Shown piece after piece: positions 16,601-29,018 of a DNA stretch of 64,000 bases. The DNA comes from Monocercomonoides exilis PA203 (taxonomy: Eukaryota > Protista > Preaxostyla): NCBI GenBank assembly GCA_001643675.2, contig LSRY02000042.1, positions 310,001 to 374,000 of the forward strand, in the 5' to 3' direction. The translations under genes were made by a program, and so were the position numbers. The notes below the pieces were generated by a model. That model was not told where the DNA came from. It saw nothing but the letters and a program-made list of their open reading frames with translations, and searched no databases. Position 1 is the stretch's first letter. Every line of letters starts with the position of its first letter.

Positions 16601-18123
16601 CTTAAACCACTTGTCATCTCAAAGCGCATTGTGACATATAGATATCGGAATTAGTGTTCTTTCTGGTGTCAGCAACGAATATAGCGTAAGAAAATCTGTG
16701 TTCTTCTTCACCTTTTTCCTCCTCTTCATCCCTTCCAATGAAGCATGAATGTTGCTTCGTGGAGCCTTTGAATGGATATTATTCCTTTGTGGAGAAATCA
16801 TTGAAGAAACATGAGAGATAGACAAAGCAGAGGATGATGATTGAGAAACAGATGGGGTCAAAGCTTTGTTAGCAGTTGTATTCTTTGACATAAAGAAATC
16901 ATCATCTTCTTCTTGAAGCATAACCATGTTATTTTTGCTGCATTTCTTCCTTCAAGCTGCCATTTTTTTTGTCTTTTCCTTTGGATCACTGAAAAACGTT
17001 TTGACGCTCTGTGAATAAGAAGAAGATGATGATGAAATCACTGAATACGTGTAACGAGCATGCCTGCCTTTCAACGAAGCTGATTTCGACACTTCAGACT
17101 CACTTCAGTTCAAAACACTCTGCTCGCTTTTCCTTCTCTCTTCGTTCCATTCTCACTCCACAGAAAATAGTCCATCTCCTCTTTATAACATTTTCATTGA
17201 ATTCGCATTTCCCACCTCTGCTTATCTTCATTGTGGAATGAAACCCAAATAGTCTTTGTGTTCCACTAATTTTCCATATAACAGCCATTTCAGCAGGAAT
17301 GAATAACAAGAGATGTTCTGACTTAATCAAATGACTCCAAATGCATCACTCTATCGACTTTGCTTTTTGAAATACCATCTTTCTCTGTTTATAAAGAACC
17401 CTCGTGTTCAATTTTTTTTCACTTCCAATTCCTCTTTCATTGCTTTCTGAGCTGATAAGAATACCTCTCCTCTCCTCCAGCTTCTTTTCCCCATGCACAC
17501 TGATCTTTTCTCTCCTTTTCCATTTCCTGCTCTGCGCTGCTTCAATCGATTTCAGCTTCATCTTCATTTGTTTCTCAGTGGAAATCGGGATGATGTTTGT
17601 CTTCCGGTTGAACCAAGCTGCCTCCACACGCTGATGCTCATTCCTTTTCACGCTCTTCCACAAGGTCGTCCAATGGATTGTCATTATACACTTTTTTTAA
17701 TTGTTGCTGCTTTCTTTCATTGTCTTTCAACTCGAAATCGTTGAATTGAAACTTCGGCTTTTTTTTCATTCTTTATATATTCCAACCTATGAATAATATT
17801 CCCTTCTCATTATCCCCTCCTCATTTCATCCTTCTCCTTTGCTCTCTTGCGCTTTCTGCCTCTGCTCCTTATAGAACTCTTTCCTTATTTTCTCTCACCA
17901 TTTTCTCGAAATAATCATCTTGCTCATCATCATTTAGTTTCTCTAAGCTTCCTTCTATCACAGCTTTCAGTTCAGCATTATCCTTATTTCCCATGTATTT
18001 TTCCACTCCCTCCTCCTCTTTTTCTTTCTTGTTTTGTCTGTAGAGCTTATCCAATACTTTATAAAGTTCTTTTCTTCACTTTCCAATCTTTCACACAATG
18101 ATTTTGTTCTGTGACATTTCATA
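13698..18123 (-). pseudogene. Decayed large gene(s) of unknown function (cargo)
   Basis: Coding-like composition over ~4.4 kb broken into many short minus-strand ORFs by stops and frameshifts; its 5' end lies in repeat R1. Confidence 0.6.
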
Positions 18124-18831
18124 TTTCAGATACACTTCCTAATAAAAAATGAATATTGATAATTTGATAATAATTTCATATCACACATTAATAGAAATAC
18201 AATGACTGGATTTTATAAATTTTTCAAATTAATAATAAAAACAAACTTTGTCAAAAATGAACAAGAATTAATATAGTCACATTGAATAGTCTTTCTCTTT
18301 GTTTCATCAAAAATTGTCTATGTGCCAAACAAAATTACCAGTTTCTAAATAAATAGGTCAAAATTCTTATATTAATGAAAAATAACAACGATTTGTAACA
18401 AACCTTTTATACAGCTTTGTCATTACAAGTCAGACGTCCTCACATATTAAATATATAGAATGACTGAAAAAAAATAAGAAAAATCTTCGAAGACAGTGCA
18501 TGGGAAACAATTCATTTCACACAACACTTCATCCCAAATAAAAAATATGTTAAAAAACAAATTATTACCAACTTTTTCCACTAACAGATTTTCAAAAAAA
18601 GCATCAGACATGTTTATTATTGTTATTTATTCGCATTGAGCAAAATAGATCATGGTATTCTTAATGGCGCCATTAATAATAATTTGTATTTTTTATGATC
18701 AAAAATTTCAAAAATTTTTCAAAATTTTTTATTTTTGTTTCATTTAATTTGTGAATATTATTGTTTTATTAATGCAAACATTTCATCAGAAATTGGTTTT
18801 GATTTTTTTATTGTTTGAATAAAGGTGAAAA
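18027..18831 (+). repeat. Internal repeat R1 (~800 bp); inverted copy of R3, direct copy of R2
   Basis: Near-identical to the reverse complement of 37107-37912; 18221-18774 recurs at 33587-34140. Confidence 0.95.
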
Positions 18832-19684
18832 TATGTTTTTTAATTTTTCATTGAATTTTCATTTCAAATGAGAAAAAATATCTTTGAAAAATTTAACACT
18901 TAAAAATTTTTTGTTTTTGTATGAACATGTTTATAATAATTGTTCTATTCAATATATAACTGTTTTGTTATCAATATCTTTATTGTTGAGTAACTACAAC
19001 GGTTGATGAATATTCAGTGATGAGAAAAACATAAAAATAAATTCATTGCAAATTCGATAACAATCATAAAACAAAATAACACATAAATAACAATAGTACT
19101 TCATTATATGGGTTATTCTTTTTGAAAAGTCGCAAACGTTTAACTGATCTGAAAATTCGATCAAAAAAGATCAAAAAATGTTGATCATACCGTTCCCGTT
19201 ATTGTTTTGAAAATTTTATATTTTGTAATTTATTTCGCTTTTAAAAGAAAAACAGGATAGAAATATGTTAAAATTATATAGATTTTTAACTTTATTTTGT
19301 GATACACTTATGTCAACATATGCATTCCAGCTATTTGAATAAAATGAATTAAATGTTTTTATTTCTTCATTTTCATTTCATCAGTTCGAATATTCATTAT
19401 GAATTCATGGATAATTACTTTGTTTTTAATGTTATTTTTGTTGAAATATAAATAAAATTTTGTTCGCTTGAATAAAAGAATATTTTTATTAAGAATTATC
19501 AAACAGGAAAATTTTCTTAAAACAACGCTTATAACAATCGAAAGATATTCGAAGAGTTGTAAACATTGAGCAATTATTTATATTATTTTTAAAAATTGAA
19601 GTTAGATATTTTAATATTCAAAAAAATCTCCATTTATTTCAAACTCAAAAATGTAATCTCTTCAAATATAAATAAACAAACAGT

Positions 19685-22600
19685 TTGTATCAAACAATTT
19701 TCTTTCATCATCAGCACCTGCGATTGATCCTTCGGATGCTTCTGCGTCATCAGCTTCAAACACGTCGGAAGTGGTGTTGGACGACATCGAGAGGCGGCTG
19801 CGGATTATTGTGCCAGAGGCGGCTGGAGTGTATGGGCAGCACATTCCGCTGTCGCTGCAGCTGCTGCTATCGCCGCGGGAGCAGCAGGCACAACGGGAAT
19901 ATGTTGTTGCACTTTCCGCGATGCTTTCGGTTCCGCTGGTGGCGCCTCTTCCATCGCTTGCAACGTCTGTATGGACGAAGTCGGGGAGTAGGAGGATATT
20001 TGCAGCGGTTGATGTGAATGCGCTCCCGTCGATATAAGATCAGTTTGATGCGTCGCTGCAGATATGGTGATCGCAACAGTCGAGTCGTGTGGTGGTGAAG
20101 CTGGATGACGAAATGATGGAATAAGGGGTTTCAGTGTATGAGGTGGGGGAGATTGCGGAGAAGGGGCAGTCGGAGGCAGGGCTGAGGAGAAGGATATGGT
20201 TCTGTCTCCAGCAGCGATTGCGTTGGCAGTTCCAAAGTGCGAGTTGATAGAGAGGAATGTGATGGGAATGAGGCCAAAGGCGTGTATCCAACGTCATACA
20301 GAGAGTTTGTGGAAAGAATAAAACAAAACCAGATGAAGCTGGAAGAAGCAATTGCGCTGCTGATTGTGGAGGCGCTTGGGCTGAGTCGGCTGAGGTTTGT
20401 GAAGGCGGAGACATGGATAGCGATTTTTTCAGAGAGTAGCCTGCAACAAATGCTGAACAATGCACTCACTTTGCGTGCCTGCTATGTAACATCGGAATTC
20501 GCGAGAAATAAGAATGTTACAGCAGGAAAAGAATATGAGTGTTTGATTATTTCTTCAATGAAAAGTCGAATTGAAATAACTGGAGATGTGGAGCAGTTGT
20601 AAATATCAGTTGACCGTTTGACAATAATTGAGGAAAAAGACAAATTCGATGAAAAAGTTGAGGAAGAAACTTGTTTTCTTTGTGCTGGGTGATAAGAAGA
20701 ATAGGAAGAGGAAGAAGAAGAGGAATGGGGAGGAGAGGTTGAGCGAAGGCAGAATAGTGGAGTGCTCGTTGCTGTTGAATCTGGTGGTGAGCTGAAGAGA
20801 AGTGTTCTGGTTTAACAAGGCAGTCAACGAATGATGTGTGTGATTTGCAGATAAGCGGTTTGTGACTGTGCTGGACGAACTGAACATGCTGCTACCAAGA
20901 AGTCGTACAGCTTCGTGAATCAACGAACGTAGATACAGCAGAAGCACAACACCGAAGAAGCAGTTGTTTCTGGAGCCGTGCGAGATTTTGGTTCCATATT
21001 CAACAGGGGGGTGGCATGGATGAAGCAGACTATTGTGGAAGGCTTGGAAGACGAGTTTTGTGCTCTTTTAAGAACGTTTCAGGTACAAAGCAGAGGAGCG
21101 CGAGTTTGCTTGTCGTATCTGCATCGTCAGGAAGGAGTTGATTCAAATGCTTTGTATGCTTCTTGCAGCATATGCATATACGATGCAATGACGTGGTAGC
21201 GCATGTTGGAATGATACATGGATGATTGGGAAAATGCTATGTCAAAAACGGCGGAGTGTGTTGAAACGACATGGATACCAGAGAAGGAGCAGAAGCAGGT
21301 TATGAAAAGGAGATGCTGATCAATTGCAAGTTGATAATGTGAGCGCATGCTTTAGTAAGTGTGTTTGATGACCCGTCTGATGCGTAGACGCAGATAACAC
21401 GGTAGCATGAGGGGAGGCAGGCAGAGGTTCAAACAGCAAAAGTGGAAGGGTGTTCTTCACGTTGGACAAGAGGCTGGATACAGAAAAAGATAACTTCCAT
21501 CTTTGGTTGAAGTCAGCAGCGTGGCTAAGGAATATAATGGATTAAAAGTCTGTACTGATGCATCAGGTTGTGACGAAGAAGACTTGGAGGATTGAGGCAA
21601 GCTCAGATGCAGGGGATACGATCTGTGTTGGAGAAAGTGGAGGGATGATGGCAGACATGATGGAGAGAATAAGGAAGAAGATGATGATGAACATTGTGAT
21701 AGGAGAGGGAACGGGAGCAGCGCAGAACTGGAGGAGAAGCGTTTCAGACTGGAAGAACATCAACTTTTAGGGGGTTTCAACAACAGTTGTGCTGAACGAA
21801 GCACCAGGGGAATGGAAGAGGAGGCGTGTGGTTATTTCGACGGAAGTGATTGCAGTGAAGGGGCAGAGCATTACCGTAGTGACAACAGCCGATGAGAGCG
21901 AGGAAGCGAAAATGATGGATGCGGATCAAGTTTGTATCACGGAAGAAGGAAAATTGAGGGAAAAGAAGAAGGAGTAGGAGAAGGACGATTGAGTGAAATA
22001 CGGCTGATGAATGTGTTTGACCCGAAGAAGCATGTCTTGCAGAAGATGCACTCGGCGCTGATTCTGCCAGAAAAAGTGCTGAGAAGCAGATGTTGGGAAG
22101 CAGAAGATGAGAAGGATGAAGAAAAGAAGGAAGAAAAGAAGGAACAGAAGGAGAAGGAGAAGGAGAAAATAAAATCATCGACATCAACATCATCAAGATG
22201 TGAAAGTGAATGTTCCAGTTCAAATGGGAAGAAGACAGGAGGAGTGTCATTGAAGAAAGCATATCTTTCGAAATGTGTTGCGACGCGGAAGAAAAAAGAT
22301 CTGTCGACATCTTCATATGAATGCTACAGTTGCTTTGGAGGAATTCTTCATCTGCTGAAGTGCGTGATGAAGGCGAAGACGAAGAAGAATGAGGGAGACG
22401 AGGCAAAAGTGAGGGCATTTGATGCGTGGTGTAATGCGTTTGATGAGCTGTACAAGTTGGTTGATGAGGATGAGGATGAAGATGAAGATGAAGATGAAGA
22501 TGAAGATGAAGAGAAAGAAGAAGAGAAAGAAGAAGGAGAAGAGAAGAAGGAGAAGAGAAGAAGGAGAAGAGAAGAAGGAGAAGAGAAGAAGGAGAAGAGA

Positions 22601-24900
22601 AGAAGGAGAAGAGAAGAAGAAATTCCAATAGTTTTGCGATCTAGACAGCGAATTTGCATGTGAGGAAACGAATATTCTGCTGTTCAAAAAGGCGCCAAAA
22701 TTCTTTGCGAAAGCGGTTCGGCCGAGTTTGGCGAGCAAAAAGGAGAAGACGGTGGTTGACCACTATCTGCTGGGCACGGAAGATGTGGGGATGTTTGAGG
22801 AATACGCAGAGACAGCTTTGTGCGCTGGGCTGAATGCAGTGGAGCAAGTGCCTGTGCCGGCAAGACTGGTGGAGTTGGGGCAGAAGGCTAAGAAAAGAGG
22901 AGAAGGAAGAGGAGAAGGAAGAGGAGAAGGAAGAGGAGAAGAATTACAAAAGAGGAGTGTGAGGAGATGTGTGGCGCTTGTGGAGAATGTGAAAGTGAAG
23001 ATGAAGAAGCAAGCGAGATATAAGAAAGAAGAGGAGAAGATGTTTGAGACTGTGCTTCGATCGGGATTGGATGTTGAGGGGTTGATTGAGGCAGAAGAAG
23101 AAGAAGCAAGAAGAAAGAGCAGTGTGAAAGGAGAATCGGCGCGAGCATTCAACGAAAGAGGGGTTTTGTCTCAAGATGAAAGTACATATCAGAACGATGG
23201 AAGTGAATGTGATTTGAGTTTGCGTTTCGAATGAGACGGCAACGATAAAGCTGATGGAGCTTGTGCAGAATAAAGAAGGGATTCTTCCTGACATGCAGAA
23301 GATTATTTTCAACGATGTGCAGCTGAGTGACATGCGCGCAATGGGAGGGTGAAACATTCGGAACAATGACGAGCTGAAGCTGATGCTGTGTCTGCTTGGA
23401 GGTGCAACTGAAGCGAAATAGCAGATGAGGCAGACGAAGCAGATTGAAAGAGAGGTGAGGTTGAGTGGTAGAATGGCAATGTCGATGGTTGAGACGGCAG
23501 GAGCAGGTGCATTGGCAGTGCTGATGCTGATAACGGTGATGCAATCGAATGCAATACAGAGAATGAGCAAGCAGGAGCGATGCCTCGAAAAGCATTTCAG
23601 ATTGTCCACTCATTTTCAGCGGATGTACAGTAAAGTACTAAGAAGTTGAAGAATATGGAAGCAGAGAATGAGCGTTATGACTTTGCTTCTTCTTCTTGTG
23701 GCTCTTTTGCAGATTGTGGTGGAGGTGGTGTTGAGGAAGAAGAAGAGATAGCCAATTGTGAAGTTCCTGCAGATGGAACATTCAAAGGAAGAGATGGAGA
23801 AATAATATTATCGCGCGAAGACTATTCTGACTGCTCCAATTGAGTGGAGCCATTTCTATCTGGATAATGAGCGATATCTGCTTTGGGGAGCTGTAGAAGG
23901 GAAAGAATGCGATGTTTGAAGGTGCATGAAGGTTCTTCCTTTTGTGTCAGTGAATGTGATTGAAGGCACTGATACGTTTACGTCAGCAGCGTTTGTAGCC
24001 GCACTGACAGATATTTGTGTGCGGCCGGTTTGTGTAGAAAAGGTATTAAGAACGATGAGATGAAGTGGAAGTTCTTCTATTTGAAGAATGAAAACAGCAG
24101 CTGTGCTGTTTGTGAAGGAGGTGGAGTGGTTTGATGAAAAAAAGAAGTGAAAGAAAAGGAAAGAGAAAGAAAAGGATAAAGGCAAACGATAAAACACAGA
24201 TCGGTGTTGAACGGGCCAAGCAAATGCATGTACATGAAATCGGTAGTTGTGCAGGAGTTTGTATATGATGTGGGCTAAATGTGGGAAGTGAAAGAGGAAG
24301 GGTGGAAGGTGAGGAAGGATGTTGGATGGGAGAAGATGCGAGCAGGGTGTGTGTGTGTACGATGCGGTTCTGACGAACACGAAGGAGGTGCAGAGGTCTG
24401 TGGAGGTGCTGATGCAAGTGCCAGGAGGGTCGATTGTGCTGCAAAGGGGCAGTGCGACGAGGACACAGAGCGTTGTTCTGGGGGCGTATGGGACGTAGAC
24501 GGTGTCGTATGCGTTCTATTTCCCGGAGGGTGGGGAGTTTGTGCACTATCCTGCGCAAATGGCAATGCGAGGGCATTGGATGTACTGCAGCCGAGAAGGA
24601 CAAAGATACTTGTGGCAGAGCGCGCTACTGCACAGCCAGAGCGAAGAGATTGGGCGTATGTGTCGCAGGAGGCAGAGATAATAGTGTTGCTGGAGTTTCA
24701 GGAGAAGGAGAATCTCCTCAAAGCGGATGAAGAATTTTCAATGATAATGTTCCGGAGGGAGGAGAAGAGTATGTTTGATAGTGTGATTGCGTGATGTTTC
24801 CTTCGTGTGAAGATGACTGTGACGAAAGCAGATGTGTGTGCGCTTCAGTGTTGCCCGTTTATCAATGTGCGGACTTTTGTGTTAGGGAAAGAGTGCCAAA
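19685..24900 (+). pseudogene. Decayed intronless large gene with an internal ubiquitin-like domain
   Basis: GC-richer coding-like tract with many stops and frameshifts. Readable blocks include FFAKAVRPSLASKKEKTVVDHYLL, VEVLMQVPGGSIVL...YAFYFPEGGEFVHYPA and DWAYVSQEA...FQEKENL; Ubl at 23176-23403. Confidence 0.7.
23176..23403 (+). pseudogene. Ubiquitin-like domain, 76 codons, two internal TGA
   Basis: MKVHIRTMEVNVI*VCVSNETATIKLMELVQNKEGILPDMQKIIFNDVQLSDMRAMGG*NIRNNDELKLMLCLLGG aligns without gaps to ubiquitin (QDKEGIPPDQQRLIF...LRLRGG). Confidence 0.85.
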
Positions 24901-25927
24901 AATGTGAATATGAAAAATCTTATATATAATTAAATATAAAAGAAAAACAGTTTCAAACCATCTGTTATAATAATTATTATATTTATTTTTACTAGTAAAA
25001 GTCATATTTGATTCCACAAAAATAGATATTCATTCTGAGTTTAAAGAAAATCCGAATGAATTCAAACATCTGCAATAATCAGAATTCTTGCAAATTCACA
25101 AAAAAGAATCGATGCACACTATGAAAATTTCATGAATCAGCAATTACAAAATGAACTGAAAAACGCTATCACATATTTATCATTAATTCTCAATTTTTAA
25201 TTTTGATCAATAAAGTTGATACATAATTTTTTGAAAAAAAATATATCTTCTCATAAAGAAGTTTGTTATGAGCCTACTAACATCACTGTGTGAGTTTTAT
25301 ATTTTCATTTGTATTATGGTAACGGAGTGTTTTTTTATTAATTTTCATGGGATTAATTTTTGATCCATAGCGACTTTTCAAAAAGAATTACCCATATAAA
25401 TCATCTTAAATATAGAAATCAACATATAAGTTTCTTTTTTTTGTTGCATCACACTCAAAGGAATATGTTTTTACCACATTAACAGCAAAACATTCCCCAA
25501 TTGTCAGTTCAATATCAATTTTGTATGAACAATAAAAGATTCAATAAAAAGCATTACTATATCAACAAAAACATGGTATCATAGTCAATTCAAAACACAA
25601 AAGAATACAAATACTTTAGGTGTAAAAACAAACTTGACTGTTTATCCTTTGTTTTCTACCCACTCCACCCTTTCTGATATTTCTCTTTTCCTAACTCAAA
25701 AAGATCAAATCCAACATAGAAAAAAGGCAGACACAGTGATGAAACATCACTTCACACTCTCAGCTATTCTCCTTTCCTAAAATCTGATCCAAAAATCATT
25801 GAAACTCTTCACAACACCCATCAAAAAATGAATCTCTATTTAGACATATATAAATAAATTTCGGGACTATTACCAAGTGCAAATAGGGACATTATAGGGA
25901 CAGAAACAGTAAGAAAACAATCGGATT

Positions 25928-26065
25928 CTAACTATTGTGTACCTGGGAGGCTGTTCGTCGTATCCAGGTCCGGATATTGCAGCCTTCGGGCTGCAATATC
26001 AAATACGAACAGTCATGTCCAGCACCCTTCCGATAGAGTGCTAGCTAAGCATACACAACAACTAG
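25928..26065 (-). ncRNA. Putative structured RNA element (closing stem, two hairpins, pseudoknot) directly 3' of the transposase stop
   Basis: 14-bp closing stem with 3 G-U pairs, 10-bp hairpin with 2 G-U, perfect 12-bp hairpin, crossing helices CUGUUCGU/ACGAACAG and ACCUGG/CCAGGU. The wobbles pair only on the minus strand. No family recognised. Confidence 0.65.
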
Positions 26066-26069
26066 TTTC

Positions 26070-28814
26070 TTAAAAAGGGACACTATTAATACAATTTTGA
26101 GATTCATTTAAAGATGAAGAGTTAAGAAGAAGATCAAATCTTCTTGAAAGAAGATCTTGAGAAGATTGAGAAAGAAGAGAAGAGTTAGATGATGTGATAT
26201 CAGAGTGAAATGACTTTCTTGAACGTTGAACCTTTTCTTTCATTGTCGAAGATTCGAGGGCAACCAGAGAGCGTTGAGGAAGATATCCAACAGCAGATGC
26301 GCAGACAAATGAGCCCTTGCGCTCAAAGTACAAATAGTCCTTCATGTGAGGGACTGACAGTGATGGCCATGAAATTTGCTGAGATGGTACATACTCTTCA
26401 AAGTACCTCTCATGCACACACTCCTTGATAGATGATGACGATGGGGAGTTGTTTGATGAGGATGATTCAAGAATATTCAATTGCGAAGATGATGAAACAG
26501 ATGAAGAAACATTCATATTGTTTTCGAAGAAGTTGATTAAGTCATGAAGTGTAGTGATGTGTTCAGTAGATAGATTGTTGTCGATAGTATTAACTAATGC
26601 ACCAAATTCACTATCACAAATATTCTTTCCGTGGTGCTCAGCGAAGAAATTGAGTTGTGTATTTTTCTTTTTGAGAAGTTTTGATTGTTTGGAGAGGATG
26701 AAGTGAAGAAGGAAGCGATTTCGGTTGTGTGGACCTGAATCGCAGAAGAACTTAAAAGTGTGAGTGTCTGAGAAGAAGTGTCTTTTGATCACAGATTCCA
26801 GACACTCAATAACAAATCTGTGATCATTTGAGAGGCAGTCGGAGAAGAAGTTGAAAGTTCGTTTTATTTGTTGATTATTAATTTTTTGAAGAGAGATGAT
26901 TGTGAATTGAGAGACTTGTTGATAATTAAAGAATTCTTGTTGAAGTTGATTTTTTCTGATGGGGAGTTTCCATTTCTCTTTGAAGTCGAAGACGAAGACT
27001 GCTTCTCCCTCTTTCAAATTATCAACAGTTGATTGATAGTGTTTGCGTTGCATTTCTGCAACAAGACGATGTTGTCGAAGAAGTTTGAGTGTATGAAACT
27101 CGGTAGAAGAAAGTCCATTTTTGTTTTGAGATGACTTCAATTTGTTTTCCAGATAGTTCAACTTCTCACACATGCCGCAGAGATCCGTTCGTCTTTTCGC
27201 TTTGGAGAAATTGGTGGTGAGTTTGTAGAAGTGGGAAAGAGAAACTTTGATGTTTGTTTCTTCAGAAAACTCTTTCCACAATTTTGTCTTGGGCTTGAAG
27301 ATTAATCTTTTCTCGTTGGGAGAAAAGATGCCCATTTTCTTTCTTTTTTCTTTCAAAGCTTCCAATCCATAAGAAGATGTAATTGATGATGATAGTTGTG
27401 GAATGGAAGAAGAATGATGTGGTGGTGTGATAAACGATGATGATGGAGTTGTGTCTGTGTTTGTGTTGTTGATATTTAAAGATTGAGAAGAGGAGGAAGA
27501 AATAGAGGAACCACCAAATTGAATAGTTGGATGTGTAGATAGTGAGTTTTCTTTAATGTAGAATGATAGCGAAGGAGTGTAACCCTGTGCGTAAAGTTCT
27601 TTCCAAGTCTTAGTCCAATTGTCACTATCAAATTGTTTAATATCATCATCGTTACAAGTGATCCACATCTTGCTCAATTCTTTCTTTCTTTCCACAACAG
27701 CAATGTAATGACCATTACTGTTATCAAACTGTTTGTGAAGAACTTGACCAATGAAATGATAGAATGTTGTTTCTTTATTGTTGTTGTGAAATGTTGAATC
27801 TTTTTCATTTGCATATCCTTTGCAAAATGAACGTTTGTTCGACATATCAGTCTTGATTAGAAGTGTTCGAGAAGGTGGAGAACTAGCAGGATCAGTACAT
27901 TCATGGGAGAGGGCTAGTACCTCTGGAAATGAAATCATTTCCTCCCACCGAGCAGTGCAGCATTTTTCTTTGCACTCTTCACAATATACTCTGTTTTTTC
28001 CATCTAGTATTTCAGTTGAAAACAAAGAAGATAAACCATTGTGAGTGGATGAAGAATTGATGATAATGCTATTGTTGATGTTGTCGATATGTGATGTGAG
28101 TTTTTGACATTTAAAACATTTGAAATGAGAAATCAAAATAGGACAGAAGCAATCTTTCTTTATCAATCCATCTTTTTCGAAAAGTCTATGAAGATTATCG
28201 AATGCCTCTGACACATTCTGCTGCTGCTTGCTTCCGTATCTGCAAAAATTTTCCCATTTGCTAACAATTGATGGGATCCATGAATGTACTTTTTTTCCAT
28301 CTTTGAGGATTTGATTGCAAATACTCATCATTTGAAATGATAATGTTTGTTTTGAGCGTGTTTTTGAAATGATTGATGGTTTTTGTGAAGTGATTGAAGA
28401 AAAACACTGAAGAAGAGAGGCAAGATAACATGTGTTGCCTAAATTGATTAATCCTTTAAAACTAGTGTTTGTTATGTTTGTTAAGTTTTGTGAATGTGAT
28501 GATGGAAATGGAGATGTTAACGGATTGGAAGGATGAAGATTCATTGTGTTGTTATTTGAAATGTTTTGTAATGATCTATTATTGTTTGTTAATTCGTTTT
28601 GATATGATTGAGGTGATTGTGATGGAGTTATTGAAATGTCATTATTTTTTGAAAATTTTGAGAGAAGATTTTGAAATGCCAGTGGAGGAATAAGAGTGGG
28701 AGAAGTGGCATATTCAATCAATTGACCACTAATCCACATATTTTCGTTGCTAAAGGATGATGAACCTTTGTCTGTTGGAGGAGTATTATCTATTTTTTTC
28801 TTTTTCTTTCTAAT

Positions 28815-28864
<50 letters not shown>

Positions 28865-28871
28865 GTGAGGG

Positions 28872-28915
<44 letters not shown>

Positions 28916-28922
28916 GTGAGGG

Positions 28923-29018
<96 letters not shown>

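Larger units (their letters stand above)
19110..25393. mobile_element. Nested 6.3-kb non-autonomous TIR element
   Basis: TIR GGGT(T/A)ATTCTTTTTGAAAAGTCGC, 23/24 identical between 19110-19133 and rc(25370-25393); ATAT on both flanks (19106-19109, 25394-25397). Confidence 0.85.

Noticed and set aside
25973-26000. Plus-strand C(UUCG)G hairpin as a bacterial terminator or contamination
   Set aside because: No U-tract, eukaryotic context, and the wobble pairs of the surrounding helices favour the minus strand.
25928-26065. Assignment of the structured RNA as HDV-like or hammerhead ribozyme, SECIS, tRNA or telomerase RNA
   Set aside because: No P3/L3/P1.1 arrangement, no CUGAnGA/GAAA core, no GA partner for the AUGA, no cloverleaf and no telomeric template; left unassigned.
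26070-27320. Fanzor/TnpB nuclease
   Set aside because: No RuvC-I/II/III plus zinc-finger pattern; the motifs fit a Sola-like DDD transposase.
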